Program-made: the position numbers and the translations under genes
Part shown: one piece after another, positions 44,401 through 54,060 of the stretch
Position numbering within the stretch: the first letter of the stretch is position 1
Layout of the letters: the number at the start of each line of letters is the position of its first letter
The notes under the pieces: model-generated
What the model was told of the DNA's origin: nothing
Database searches by the model: none
The model's input: the letters and a program-made list of their open reading frames with translations, nothing else
Source of the DNA: an uncultured Verrucomicrobiae bacterium
GTDB taxonomy: Bacteria; Chlamydiota; Chlamydiia; Chlamydiales; Rhabdochlamydiaceae
NCBI GenBank assembly: GCA_963806855.1
Contig: CAWDYW010000003.1
Location: 384,001 to 448,000 of the forward strand
Direction of reading: 5' to 3'
Length of the DNA stretch: 64,000 bases

Positions 44401-45238
44401 AAAAGAGCAACTCAAAGGCCAGGTCTCGGTCGATTTCACCCGCTTTAAAGAGCTCTTTGATCTGCCGCTCAACAAATACCTCTCCCTTTGGAAAGCGGGA
44501 GGAGGCTATCAGTTTGAAGGGACATTCACTCCTCAAAAGCACCTTGCCGATTGGTTTTTTAAAGGGAAAATGAAAGGGCACGATTTTGAGTGGAACGGCT
44601 ACCAGCTCGATTCTGTGGAAGCCAAACTCGACGTCGAGCCGGGCAAAGTGACCATAGAGAATCTCGATCTCTCCGATGATGCTGGAAAAGTGTGGATTGG
44701 CGAGGCTAGCCTCACTCGATTGAAAAATAAAATATGGGTCTTCGCAGTGCCCAAAACTGAAATCCGCAATTTTCAACCGAGCATTTTGACAAAAGTGGGG
44801 GCAGAGGTTCCTGCATCCAAGCCGCTGATCGTCAAATCGGCTACATTGGAGAACCTCAAGGGTAGGATCGATGACCTCAAGAGTATCTCTGGAACTGGAT
44901 CATTCAATTTCAGCAACAAGCAATTGCCCAAACTTCCCACACAAATTTTACAAAAATTGGGACTAGATGGGGCCCTCTTTGTGCCAACTTCAGGCTCTGT
45001 TCAGGTGTCTCTGGAAGGTGGGAAATGTCTCTTCAAAGAGGTCATAGCGCTGATCACCGACAAAAAGAAATCGGAGTTCGAAGCTCCGCGCAATGGTGCG
45101 ATCGGTTATATCGATTTTGATGGAAATTTGGTCATCGACTTAAGCGTGAAGCAACACGTTGTCCGCGGCCTCAACATCCCCCTTTCACTTCAAGTGCGCG
45201 GCAATTGGGACGATCCTCAGCTAACCATAAATAAGTGA
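41411..45238 (+). CDS. Large N-anchored beta-rich protein, possibly AsmA/TamB-like
   Basis: 1275 aa, single N-terminal TM, amphipathic beta pattern, C-terminal G.W.DP. Confidence 0.55.
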   Translation: MRRKSLIIIPLILCAALFFLRHQIVVMGTKVCLNKTFEQNVGFKDVSARKGKVIVEGLQVRDKQMLLVVEEMEFGLNFRKVLAHPKGFISLCRNGITNWNEALIALKRYGNGLNIQNGVLQLEGERYYFQFENGNLAISHDPSLKNHPFLEAYIHTRKQQVSVDLTVQNVPSQRLLRLASFLAPAYLSDMHEAQGQIELKAHAVFKKDGELAELSTRFGLENFQLFYPRMEIALQTKKLIGAVNYPKGDGDLPLWKKMECKALLEKGSLIWGEKLALSNLNGNLSLDPNVDPSLFIKGELADEGRSLQLQLEGKGAVHETQAYWLEFGLSLNNRQGTECGAFLSICRPQADDLVVQLEADNLLAGQVAMLKDYFAKSLPRLKEWEVKEGSVGGKLVALFEKGELAHFEVQDLVGKNIVLASTSKKEPLCFSSIRGEGRLFDTFNLELDLPAPDLFSFVSPEFKEAYANYRYDDMAHLSMTMKFGRKEVETSAHVDFIQQNQSVQFGYKSKTAFPASIQEISEGWLHSDRLTHMVYGPFVKLANEDLQLYGTIDLTASYDGKQIDCTLQIDEFLAKHPLLDFKVAAIGEKGKTQGRAKFTYDLGSKMISGSLPIREGQAYDRANGIRFQDLSADLTLTSNLVKGQVTNSTVLYDQLELLREAKFDFIYGETLSLSSLFAKISLPSTAEFYLSADKIDSNSSDFRLLQGKEELAHFVGTKGEIWNGTLNVKPLKENFEIKFAYDPRTENAILDAAGEGIHLFCKKQGVDYVLEKLDLKDLSLKGVIAKAENGFTLSSFEVQRPNVTLRGAGTIALDLPQADQDFGLRSDLALEVDMAAPFPVLLKTTRAFKLAYSPQIGFILSDLDLAGAGCQLNIGQLEYTKGGEHTVANKCSFKVSDEAVSRFCTEGALPQFLRDFKLFKSLSGQVNYSNLKGKTTVEGMISSHHVSLEWKDQAGEFAFGTEEDKLLFQLHRDQEGFHLDGIKGNFGGLMADLKKQGKEQLKGQVSVDFTRFKELFDLPLNKYLSLWKAGGGYQFEGTFTPQKHLADWFFKGKMKGHDFEWNGYQLDSVEAKLDVEPGKVTIENLDLSDDAGKVWIGEASLTRLKNKIWVFAVPKTEIRNFQPSILTKVGAEVPASKPLIVKSATLENLKGRIDDLKSISGTGSFNFSNKQLPKLPTQILQKLGLDGALFVPTSGSVQVSLEGGKCLFKEVIALITDKKKSEFEAPRNGAIGYIDFDGNLVIDLSVKQHVVRGLNIPLSLQVRGNWDDPQLTINK

Positions 45239-45852
45239 TCCTTAATCTACTTTATCCTCCCCAATGCATTCACTGCGACACACCCCTGCCGCAGCACCGA
45301 TTGCTTTGCGGAGCATGCCTCGACCTCTTCACTCTGCTCCCCGCAGAGGGGCACTGCAGCAAATGCTTTGGTGAGATTGGGGCCATCTCAGGCATTTGCA
45401 AACCATGCCGAGAGATCGCCCATCCATTTGCCCGCCTTGCCACTTGCTTTGATGCCTTCGGACCCGCGAGAAGCATCGCAGGAGCCCTTTTAAACCGGGG
45501 CCAATTCCACTACGCCAAGGACATTGCCTCCTTCATCATCATTCAATTGGAGAGGCTAAGATACCCCTCCTTTGACCTCATTACACTCGTCCCCAGTTAC
45601 TTCTTCAATCGCCATCTTGTCGTCGCCAAAGAACTCGCCCAGATGCTCCATGCCCCCTTCAAGCTCGTGCTCAAGAGACAGATGACCCCAACTCCTGCCT
45701 TTTCACTGCGAAAAAAGTGCAATATTATTAATCAAAAGGTATTATTACTCGATATCAGCATGGAGACACGGGCAACGATCCGATCTGCCGGCTGGGCCCT
45801 CGAACGTGGTGGGGCCGAAACAATTTATGGAGTGACTTTTTGCGCTACCTAA
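45235..45852 (+). CDS. ComF-like double zinc-ribbon/PRTase-fold protein
   Basis: LYP..C..C, four CxxC motifs; degenerate PRPP motif LLLDISMETRAT. Confidence 0.75.
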   Translation: MILNLLYPPQCIHCDTPLPQHRLLCGACLDLFTLLPAEGHCSKCFGEIGAISGICKPCREIAHPFARLATCFDAFGPARSIAGALLNRGQFHYAKDIASFIIIQLERLRYPSFDLITLVPSYFFNRHLVVAKELAQMLHAPFKLVLKRQMTPTPAFSLRKKCNIINQKVLLLDISMETRATIRSAGWALERGGAETIYGVTFCAT

Positions 45853-46325
45853 TTTTCCTACTCCTTATTTTTTGCAGTTGCGCTCGCAATACCGAAGATC
45901 CGCTTGTGGCCCAAATGCGGCTGCGCAAGATGCAGACCCGCACCTACGTTGGCACCACAGCCAGGTCTGTTGCGAAAGAACTGCTTGCCATTTTGCAAGA
46001 CGAAGGCTTTATGGTGAAAAATGTCAATGCCGAGCTGGGACTGATCACCGCCGAAAGAGACAGCAATATCGAGAAATTTGCATCGAAGTTCTGGGCCTAT
46101 GTCTTCTCAGGCAAGCAGGCCACCTGGAAAAAGCATTCCCTCGTTGAAATCACCTCCAACATCACCGAAGAAAAGGGGAATACCAAGGTGCGTATTAACC
46201 TTTTACTCCGTGTCTTCGACAATTTTGGAAGAATTGTGGATGTCGAGCAGGTGCTCGAAGAGGAGGCCTACGTCGATTTTTTCAACAAGGTGCAGCGCGG
46301 ACTGGTCTCGAATCGGAGTAGTTAG
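45840..46325 (+). CDS. Hypothetical lipoprotein
   Basis: Short hydrophobic leader followed by Cys (FCSCA); QTRTY..LQDEGF. Confidence 0.6.
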   Translation: MRYLIFLLLIFCSCARNTEDPLVAQMRLRKMQTRTYVGTTARSVAKELLAILQDEGFMVKNVNAELGLITAERDSNIEKFASKFWAYVFSGKQATWKKHSLVEITSNITEEKGNTKVRINLLLRVFDNFGRIVDVEQVLEEEAYVDFFNKVQRGLVSNRSS

Positions 46326-46460
46326 CCTCGACTCGCCCAAAAGCGTGAATCGCTCATTTGGAAAAAAGCTTGATCCAAATGTGAATGTCTCCTTAACATG
46401 TAAAGAAAAGAGTTTGTCTTAGAAAGAGCCTAACTTAGCCAGAAACAACAGGTATGTTCA

Positions 46461-48314
46461 ATGAAAATTTCAAATCTATTTTCAACAGCGAGTCTTTTGT
46501 CGCTGACAGTGCTGACGATTCCAGATGCTGAAGCAGCGAATATTCCGAATGGAGCTACAATAACAGCCCCTCCGCAGGCTAATCAGGCAATGAACTTTCA
46601 GGCCCCCGCCCCAGGCGGCACCTTCGTAATTGAACCAGGCACCACATTTGTTGGCGCTCTAACAACAGACGGAGGCGCAGCCATTGGAACACTAGTGCTT
46701 AACACTGGTAGCCAATTAAATGGCGCTGTTGGGGATCCCGCAATACTACAGGTTACTCTCAATGGCAATGCAACTATCATAGGCGCCACAGGAGCACAAA
46801 ATTTTAGTCTTGGGCAAAATACATTGACTAACCAGGGCGCTTTGAATCTCCCATCGGGCATAGCTATTAATACCCGAGTCATTACTAATGCACTCTTTGG
46901 CAACATCGCAGTCACAGGAGCTGACTCGATTGCTGGAGCTTCCGTTACGGTTAATGTTGACGCAAGCGGGGTCATAGCCTTAACACCTGGCCAACCTTTA
47001 TTTGTTGTTAGCGCTCAAGGGACTACATCTGGATTACCCGTCATTGTTACTAGCAACAATGTGCTTTACAGCTTCATCGGCAACAACTCAAATGGTAATA
47101 TTACCATTACCCCAACCTTACATCCTGCAATAGTACCTCCTGGCGGGGTTGGATCTGTATTCACGGCGCTTCTCACTGTTGCAGCTAACAATCCAGGCAG
47201 TGATATCGCTACCGTTATGGCTGCTATTTCCGCTTTGTCTACCCCAGCAGCGATACAAGCGGCGCTCGCACAGCTTAACCCCAATGTAAATGGCGCGATC
47301 CCTCGCGCTAGCTTCGCAGGGGCGCAACAGTTCCAAAATCTCTGGTCACAACATATGGGATATGGACGATGTATCTATGCGGAAGATTGCTGCTGCGTCT
47401 GTGAAGACCCTTGCCAGGCTGAACGGACTGATTGCGACTGTTATGCCGAAATAAATTGCTGCAATGTTCCAAACCGCTTCGAGGTTTGGATAGATGGTTT
47501 TGGATATTGGGGCCGCCAATATGCACGCAAAGGATTTAAGAGCTATACAGACGATATTTATGGCGGAATGATCGGGTTCCAAGTGCCTGTGTGTCAGGAA
47601 TTCAGCTTGGGAATCGGCGGTGGTTATGCTTATACCGACATAAAGGAAAGCGGTCGAAGGAATAGCGGCAACATCCACACCTATGACGTAACAGCCTACG
47701 CCTCTTATGACGCTACGCACTTTTATCTGGATGGTGCTTTTTCATTCGATTATAACAAATATGAGGGTACAAGACATATTGATTTTCCCGGTATAGACCG
47801 TAGGGCAAAGTCCCATTATCATGGACAAGAGTACACGGCTCTTGCTGCGGCGGGCTATCGCTGGTACAGCAGATGTTGCTTCATCTTCACCCCGCTCGCT
47901 TCACTCCAGTATTCGTATTTGAATGTGAATAAGTATAAAGAACACGGTGCTGGAGATCTCAACCTGCACGTGAAAGCCCAGCATTATAATTTCTTGGAGT
48001 CGGGCTTAGGATTGAAGGTGAGTCGTCCTATACAGACTCAGTGCGGCGCTTTTGTTCCCGAGATTCATGCAATATGGCTCCACGATTTCTTTAAAGATGA
48101 GATGGATCTCAGCTCAACTTTTTCCGGCGTAGCTGTGGAGGCCGGGCGGTTTAAAGTTAAAGGGCCGGGTTGGGGCCGCGATAGCGGTGATGTGGGTGCG
48201 AGCATTGCATATATCGCATGCAACAGACTGGCGATCCAGCTCGTTTACAACTATGAATTTAGCTCTACCTACCATGCTAATGAAGCTCTGATTAAGATCA
48301 GCTATCGTTTCTAA
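46461..48314 (+). CDS. Autotransporter outer membrane protein with Cys-rich linker
   Basis: Signal peptide, G/N/T/A-rich passenger, autotransporter barrel ending in ISYRF. Confidence 0.88.
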   Translation: MKISNLFSTASLLSLTVLTIPDAEAANIPNGATITAPPQANQAMNFQAPAPGGTFVIEPGTTFVGALTTDGGAAIGTLVLNTGSQLNGAVGDPAILQVTLNGNATIIGATGAQNFSLGQNTLTNQGALNLPSGIAINTRVITNALFGNIAVTGADSIAGASVTVNVDASGVIALTPGQPLFVVSAQGTTSGLPVIVTSNNVLYSFIGNNSNGNITITPTLHPAIVPPGGVGSVFTALLTVAANNPGSDIATVMAAISALSTPAAIQAALAQLNPNVNGAIPRASFAGAQQFQNLWSQHMGYGRCIYAEDCCCVCEDPCQAERTDCDCYAEINCCNVPNRFEVWIDGFGYWGRQYARKGFKSYTDDIYGGMIGFQVPVCQEFSLGIGGGYAYTDIKESGRRNSGNIHTYDVTAYASYDATHFYLDGAFSFDYNKYEGTRHIDFPGIDRRAKSHYHGQEYTALAAAGYRWYSRCCFIFTPLASLQYSYLNVNKYKEHGAGDLNLHVKAQHYNFLESGLGLKVSRPIQTQCGAFVPEIHAIWLHDFFKDEMDLSSTFSGVAVEAGRFKVKGPGWGRDSGDVGASIAYIACNRLAIQLVYNYEFSSTYHANEALIKISYRF

Positions 48315-48421
48315 TTTCTTAAATTTCAAGCAGGGTGAGGCCCGTTGAAAATAGAGCGGAAAATCTCATTTTTTTGAATAATCGGGGATCGTGGAACCAA
48401 AACCGATCCCATTTGCACTGC

Positions 48422-48680
48422 CTAATCATTTCTTCGATTTGATTCGAAATTTTCTTCCATGCACGCAGTAAAATTCACACGAACATCCGGATTACTCTTG
48501 TTCAGAGCAACATCATTAAGATAGTGAAATTGGTGCAAAAACCCCTTCTCGTCTAAAATTTCGTGGGATTCGGTCTCTTCGCACTCCTCAACAGATTCAA
48601 ACAAAGCTTTGTGATCACCCGGTTTTGCACCAAAGATGTATTTCATTTTATATTGCTGCACAAGGCCGATGTAAGGTGCC
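48422..48680 (-). mobile_element. Transposase internal fragment (ISNCY-like)
   Basis: APYI.L....KYIFGAKPGDHKALFE..FHYLNDVALN......VNF, recalled from ISNCY transposases; no intact gene. Confidence 0.55.
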
Positions 48681-48763
48681 TTTGAAACGGAAGGAGTATA
48701 GATTAACGTTCAAAAAAAATGTCAACCTGCGGTAAAATATTTGCTTCAAAATAGAAGAGGCAA

Positions 48764-50020
48764 ATGATGGATGTCATACAAGCACAATCAAAAGCACTCT
48801 ACGGAGATGTCGATCATCGGCAGAATTTTTTTCACATGCCCGATAATGATTTTTTGCGGGAAGTGAAAAAATGTGCAAAAGGGACCGCGTGCCTGATCCC
48901 CTCTCAATTTCTTGTCCGAAAAGGAGATGATTGGACGCTCTCTCATTTGACACCCAGTTTGCTCCACCTAAGGCAACAGGGGGAAAAAATGGGGGAACAG
49001 GAGCGATTCCTTAATGAACCTATTGCAGGAATAGGCACAGCGTTTTTGATGAGTAAGAGGCATGCGATGACGGCAGCACATTGCGTTTGCAAAACAGGCT
49101 CGAATGCACTGGATCAAAAGGATATCGGCGCCCTATTTCTCGTCTTCGGCTATCGAATGAAAGATGAGACCACATGCAAAAGAACCTTTAAAGGGAAAAA
49201 TGTGTATCAAATCCGCTCTGTCGTTGCACATAAATTTCAACGTTTGGGTGGTTGGGAAGATTGGGCAGTGGTCGAATTAGATCGGGAAGTCGTTGAGCGA
49301 ACCCCGCTCAAACTTCATTCTGAGGCTGTTAGTAAAGATATAAGTCTCTATATGTTAGGACACCCGACGGGATTGCCTTTAAAATTCACTGGAAATGCAT
49401 TGGTTAAGGACAGTACTCATCCCCATCGATTTGCAGCAGACTTAGATGCCTTTGCCGGAAACTCGGGCTCTCCAGTTTTTGACCTATCTCACCGGGTGGT
49501 AGGAATCTTAATTGAAGGACAGCAAGATTATGAAGTGACGGACGATTACAAAGGAACTGGGGAAACTCGGGTCCAGGCAAGCAAAGTTCCTCCAAACTCT
49601 TTTGAAGGCTGCACCAAAATCAGTTCCTTAGGATTTGTGCACGCGATTCTTAAGTCTATTGAAAAAGTGCCGACTGGAGTGCCAAAAATCGGGGAAGTGA
49701 AGCCAGGCCTAAATATTGAAGGGTATTGCAGTAATGCCGATTGCAGTAATGCTAATTCCATCTTCATCGCTAATCGAGGTTTTGGAAATTTCAATATGAA
49801 TCGGGAATGTGCGACACTCACCTGTCCTCAGTGCAAAAGTGAAAGCCCCTATGAAAAAACCAACATTCTGACATTAAGTAAATGCACTTATCAGATCGAA
49901 GGAACCAACACAGATTATCTGGCGATCAATCAAACAGCTACTCTTGAACCTGGACACCCCTTTAAAATGGACTTGCAAGATTGGAGATATCTCGAATTGC
50001 ACATTAAGGAGTCAAATTAA
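48764..50020 (+). CDS. Trypsin-like serine protease with C-terminal Cys-rich domain
   Basis: TAAHC, EDWAV, GNSGSP triad; C-terminal PGLNIEGYCSNADC..GFGNFNM..CPQC. Confidence 0.88.
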   Translation: MMDVIQAQSKALYGDVDHRQNFFHMPDNDFLREVKKCAKGTACLIPSQFLVRKGDDWTLSHLTPSLLHLRQQGEKMGEQERFLNEPIAGIGTAFLMSKRHAMTAAHCVCKTGSNALDQKDIGALFLVFGYRMKDETTCKRTFKGKNVYQIRSVVAHKFQRLGGWEDWAVVELDREVVERTPLKLHSEAVSKDISLYMLGHPTGLPLKFTGNALVKDSTHPHRFAADLDAFAGNSGSPVFDLSHRVVGILIEGQQDYEVTDDYKGTGETRVQASKVPPNSFEGCTKISSLGFVHAILKSIEKVPTGVPKIGEVKPGLNIEGYCSNADCSNANSIFIANRGFGNFNMNRECATLTCPQCKSESPYEKTNILTLSKCTYQIEGTNTDYLAINQTATLEPGHPFKMDLQDWRYLELHIKESN

Positions 50021-51607
50021 TTGGACGTTGTTAGAACAGGAGGAGATCTTCCAGACAATTGGTCATGGACAATCCAACCCGATCAGGCTGTTATTAGCGC
50101 AAGGAAACTTGGAGATCAATGCTCATTTCAAATACAGGACCCGACTGGAAAAGTGCATGAATTGGCCATGAATCAGGTAAAGGGATGGAAACGACTCTTG
50201 GCCATAAAAGATCAGTCTCTACTTTCAAGGACTTCTCCACTCCTCAATAAAGAAAGAACCGGCATCATTTTCACCATTTTTTCAACTTCTTTAATAAATG
50301 CAGATAAAGAAGGGGTAGCCCTAGCCTATCTTGATGAATCTGGACGACTAGCTTGGAATTTACTCATCAATGGGTCTTTCCATGAAGTTGCTTTTGAAAA
50401 TATCCAAGGATTGGAGCCTAGTGGAAAAGTGCACAAACTTTTTTTAAAGCGGAGAGAATTTCCTTATCGTGTTGAACTTTTACAAGAGGCCCCTTTTATG
50501 CTTCGCTTTTCCTCAATAGGAAAGTTGCAGAACCGTGATTCAGATCCTGCAACTCTATCCCTCCCGAATAGTGTTACTATTGCAGCACTCAAACAACAGT
50601 TCCAAAGCAAATTTCAGGCTTCCATTGAAAAACCACTACTTTATCTTGATCGACCTGAAGGAAAAGCTCCCTATCTATTAAAAGAGGACAAAACTCTAGC
50701 CTACTATGGTATTAACGAAACAGATGCTCTAATCTTCTGCAATGAGCTCCCTAAAGTTTTCTTTAACTTGCCGGTCCGCATCATTTCTAGTGATGGCACT
50801 GTTACCGATGACAGCATTTGCATCTCTAAGAGAACAACTATAGGAGAACTTAAAAAAATAATTCAGAAAAAAGCATCCGATTGGCACGGGCACGTCGTTA
50901 TTGAAATTCAAGGAAAGAGCATAGAATTAGAAGATGATAGAACTCTGGAACATTATGATATTGATGAAGAGGACATTCTTGGTTTTCGCCTAAAGCACTC
51001 CCTCGACGACGATCATTATGTTATGGAACCCGATCGAGCTAGGGCCGCGCTCGAGGCCGCTTCAATGCAGGCCATGCTCGAACCTGCCTATGCAATGGCG
51101 GCCATGCCTTTTCGCCTACCTTTTCGGAGACGGGATTCTTGGTATGGGGGGCAAGAAATAGAGAGCTCAGACCTGCATGCTTTACATAATGTTGGTCAAA
51201 TATGGCAAAAGGTTTCTCCAGGGCTCAATCTAGTTGGCATTTGTGAAAATCAACCTTGTGCAGCCTTTGGTAAAAGGATTTTTTTGAGATATGGATTCGG
51301 TACCTTTAATATGAATAAGCTTGCCAGCACTTCAAAATGCCCCTCTTGTGTGACTACCGCTAAGAAAATCGATAATTGCGGATTTTGGAAATGTGTTTAT
51401 TCGATTGACGGCGCTTATAAAGATTCAGATAAAAAGAAAGTCACTGTCAATGAAGAAAATCTGATTGCTCCAGATGATAAATTTCTTCTATTTGAACCTG
51501 CTGAACTAAAAGAATTCCTTTTTATGGATATTACAGTGCGGGAAAAGATAAAAGAAGATAGGGCAAAAGAAAAGAAATTATCTAAAAACAATTGCAATCT
51601 GATGTAA
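50021..51607 (+). CDS. Protein with two ubiquitin-like domains, Cys-rich domain and C-terminal CaaX
   Basis: TIAALK..LKEDKTLAYYGI and TIGELKKII..LEDDRTLEHYDI; PGLNLVGICENQPC..GFGTFNM..CPSC; ends KEKKLSKNNCNLM; AAGGAG SD before the TTG start. Confidence 0.8.
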   Translation: MDVVRTGGDLPDNWSWTIQPDQAVISARKLGDQCSFQIQDPTGKVHELAMNQVKGWKRLLAIKDQSLLSRTSPLLNKERTGIIFTIFSTSLINADKEGVALAYLDESGRLAWNLLINGSFHEVAFENIQGLEPSGKVHKLFLKRREFPYRVELLQEAPFMLRFSSIGKLQNRDSDPATLSLPNSVTIAALKQQFQSKFQASIEKPLLYLDRPEGKAPYLLKEDKTLAYYGINETDALIFCNELPKVFFNLPVRIISSDGTVTDDSICISKRTTIGELKKIIQKKASDWHGHVVIEIQGKSIELEDDRTLEHYDIDEEDILGFRLKHSLDDDHYVMEPDRARAALEAASMQAMLEPAYAMAAMPFRLPFRRRDSWYGGQEIESSDLHALHNVGQIWQKVSPGLNLVGICENQPCAAFGKRIFLRYGFGTFNMNKLASTSKCPSCVTTAKKIDNCGFWKCVYSIDGAYKDSDKKKVTVNEENLIAPDDKFLLFEPAELKEFLFMDITVREKIKEDRAKEKKLSKNNCNLM

Positions 51608-51653
51608 GGAGATTTTCATATTTAAAACCGGCAGAGCTTTGTTATGAAACTAT

Positions 51654-52985
51654 CTAACTCTCGATGTTGCGCCGGGCCATTTGGATCTGGCGCCTTAGCA
51701 TCTCATCTTTGCCGATCTGGTTCGATATCTTCTTCCATGCATGCAGCAGAGTCGAATGGGTCTTACCCCCAAATGAGGCGGCCAATTTCATCAGCGAGTC
51801 GTTGATCAATTCTTTGGCCAGATACATCGCAACTTGGCGAGGAAGGGCGATATTTTTGGCGCGCGAGCTGCCACACAAATCGCTGACCCGCACCCCAAAC
51901 ATGATTGCGACGCTCTTGAGGATGTTGTCCATCGAGACCCGCTTATTTGGCGCTTTTTGAAAGAGTTCGCTGAGAGTATTCTCGACAATCTCTTCAGTGA
52001 CATCGAGCCCCATCATCTGAGAGAAGGCGGCCAAGCGGTTGAGCGCCCCCTCGAGTTGACGGACGTTGTTGAAGATCCTCTCGGCGATGAAAAAGGCTAC
52101 TTTATGGGAGATCTTGATCCCTTTTTGCTCGGCCTTGTGCTGCAGAATGGCGACGCGGGTCTCGAGATCGGGGATTCCCACATGGGCAACCAGGCCCCAT
52201 TCCATGCGGGCGATCATCCGCTCGGATAGCTTGAGTTCGCCTGGAGGCTTGTCGCTGGTGATGACGATTTGCTTATTTTGATTGATCAGCGCTTCGAACA
52301 TGTTGCAAAACTCCTCCTCGAAATTGAGGCGGCTTTGCAAAAACTGGATATCGTCGACCAAAAGGACATCGAGTGTGCGATAAAACCGTTTCATCTTTTC
52401 GGTCGATTTGTTGCGCAGAGCGTCGACGAGATCATTGATGAACGACTCGGTAGTGATGCAGTGAATTTTAAGCCGTTTGTGGTGCTGCTTTACGTAGTGG
52501 CCAATCGCATGGAGCAAGTGGGTTTTTCCTAAGCCCACGCCCCCGTGGATGAAGAGGGGATTGTACGATTTTCCGGGGCGCAGGCCGATGCCGAGTGCGG
52601 CCGATTTGACAAACTGATTCGATGTTCCTTCGATGAAGTGTTCAAATGTGTAGAGCGGATTGAGTGAGTACTCTTGTTTTTCGGAAACAATCGGCTGTTC
52701 TACAGGTTTGGATGGAGCGGCTTGCTTTTTGGGGGCGGCGAGGACAAAAGAGAGGGCGAGCCCCCCGTTTGCTTTGGTGGGAAGGAAGTTGTCCAGATGC
52801 TTCTTAAAGTTCTGCAGGAGATATTCCTGGACAAAGATATTGGGCACTTCGAGTACAAGTTCGCTATCTGAACTGGGATCGACTTTAATAGGCGCGATCC
52901 AATTTTGGAATTCGGTTGCAGTGCAGCACTCTTCGACAAAATGGATGAAATCTTCCCAGCACTCTTTGGGAGTCTTGGTTAACAT
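51654..52985 (-). CDS. dnaA: Chromosomal replication initiator DnaA
   Basis: [41 protein letters not shown]. Confidence 0.97.
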   Translation of the reverse strand: MLTKTPKECWEDFIHFVEECCTATEFQNWIAPIKVDPSSDSELVLEVPNIFVQEYLLQNFKKHLDNFLPTKANGGLALSFVLAAPKKQAAPSKPVEQPIVSEKQEYSLNPLYTFEHFIEGTSNQFVKSAALGIGLRPGKSYNPLFIHGGVGLGKTHLLHAIGHYVKQHHKRLKIHCITTESFINDLVDALRNKSTEKMKRFYRTLDVLLVDDIQFLQSRLNFEEEFCNMFEALINQNKQIVITSDKPPGELKLSERMIARMEWGLVAHVGIPDLETRVAILQHKAEQKGIKISHKVAFFIAERIFNNVRQLEGALNRLAAFSQMMGLDVTEEIVENTLSELFQKAPNKRVSMDNILKSVAIMFGVRVSDLCGSSRAKNIALPRQVAMYLAKELINDSLMKLAASFGGKTHSTLLHAWKKISNQIGKDEMLRRQIQMARRNIES

Positions 52986-53037
52986 CGGGTACCCTTAACG
53001 TTGTTCAATTTATCGTAAGGATACAGCGCCATACAAC

Positions 53038-53046
53038 TTATACACA
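53038..53046 (+). promoter_or_regulatory. DnaA box upstream of dnaA
   Basis: TTATACACA matches TTATNCACA, about 50 bp upstream of the dnaA start. Confidence 0.55.
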
Positions 53047-53068
53047 AGTTCATTCAAAGAGGCTCACC

Positions 53069-53101
53069 ACTTCTCAAAAGTCCTAAGAACTTTTGAGAAG
53101 T
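53069..53101. terminator. Hairpin, probable terminator of the OMP gene
   Basis: acttctcaaaagt-N7-acttttgagaagt (13-bp stem), 15 nt past the stop. Confidence 0.55.
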
Positions 53102-53116
53102 TGTATCATGCATTCG

Positions 53117-54043
53117 TTAGAATTTAACAATCGCTGAGACATCGAGCCCATATAAATTCAAATCACCGTTGCAACCAATTTTGTTGTAGTCAAAAAAGGT
53201 ATGTTGTTCCCAACCTACTTGAAGCGTTAACCAACAAAATTCATAGCGCAACCCTAACCCTGCATCAAAACCTGTTAGGACGGCACAGCTTTCTGCAGAC
53301 GAAAAGCAATTACTTACAGCTGCAGTAAAGATATCGCTGTCATTAAATTTCGATTTAAATTTCCCGTACAAAAAGTTTCCCGCAAGTGTTCCATAAAGAC
53401 TAAAGCCGCATCCTATGTCTAGATCGCCTTCAAGGCCCAGCAAAGGCCCAACGCCCCAGAAATGTTCTCTATCACGTTTTGTGGATAGAGCAATGCTGCT
53501 TGCATTAGTAGCTGTGATTGTAATAGTAGATTGAAGATTTGTACGCAACTTTTGATTGATTCTTGCATAACGGACGCCCAAAAATGGTCTAAAGGTGAAG
53601 CAGTCACAATACTGTAGTTTATAGCCTAGTATTCCGTCGACCTCGTTAAATCGTAATCTCCAATGAGCCCGATTAGCCCCGGCATGACCATGGCCATGTT
53701 CATTGAAATGTGTCCAATAGAGCCCGATATCCCAGGAATTAGAACTATAGCCCGCGCCAATGCGAAACCCTAAGTCCCAATCAAAATGAATATCTTTATC
53801 ATTTTCATTGATAGTTGTAACAATTTGTCCATTAATAACGGTAGTGGTGATATTTGTTGTCCCAAAGTCGCATCCAAAGCCATCTTCACATGCTCTCCAA
53901 TACAATAAATCGGCACTTAATACCCATTCACCACAACAGGTATCACATGCTGGAGCACAGCTCTCATCGGCTGAGACACCGCTTGTTCCAACGATCAACG
54001 CAGCTCCAAAAGCTAGGTATGTTTTTCTAAAGATCTCTGACAT
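53117..54043 (-). CDS. Outer membrane beta-barrel, Legionella MOMP/Lpg1974-like
   Basis: Signal peptide, ADLLYW, WDLGFRIGAGY, FWGVGP..G.EG, C-terminal F; many Cys. Confidence 0.8.
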   Translation of the reverse strand: MSEIFRKTYLAFGAALIVGTSGVSADESCAPACDTCCGEWVLSADLLYWRACEDGFGCDFGTTNITTTVINGQIVTTINENDKDIHFDWDLGFRIGAGYSSNSWDIGLYWTHFNEHGHGHAGANRAHWRLRFNEVDGILGYKLQYCDCFTFRPFLGVRYARINQKLRTNLQSTITITATNASSIALSTKRDREHFWGVGPLLGLEGDLDIGCGFSLYGTLAGNFLYGKFKSKFNDSDIFTAAVSNCFSSAESCAVLTGFDAGLGLRYEFCWLTLQVGWEQHTFFDYNKIGCNGDLNLYGLDVSAIVKF

Positions 54044-54060
54044 CCTTTAAATTCCTTATG

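Noticed and set aside
45235..45852. Competence system
   Set aside because: Only a lone ComF-like gene with a degenerate PRPP motif; no other com genes are in the window.
50018..50023. Stop-codon readthrough fusing the protease and Ubl genes
   Set aside because: The genes are in frame, but an AAGGAG SD sits just upstream of the TTG and gene 1 ends exactly after its C-terminal domain. Separate translation is simpler.
52986..53116. oriC next to dnaA
   Set aside because: Only one DnaA box in a 130-bp gap; autoregulation is more plausible.
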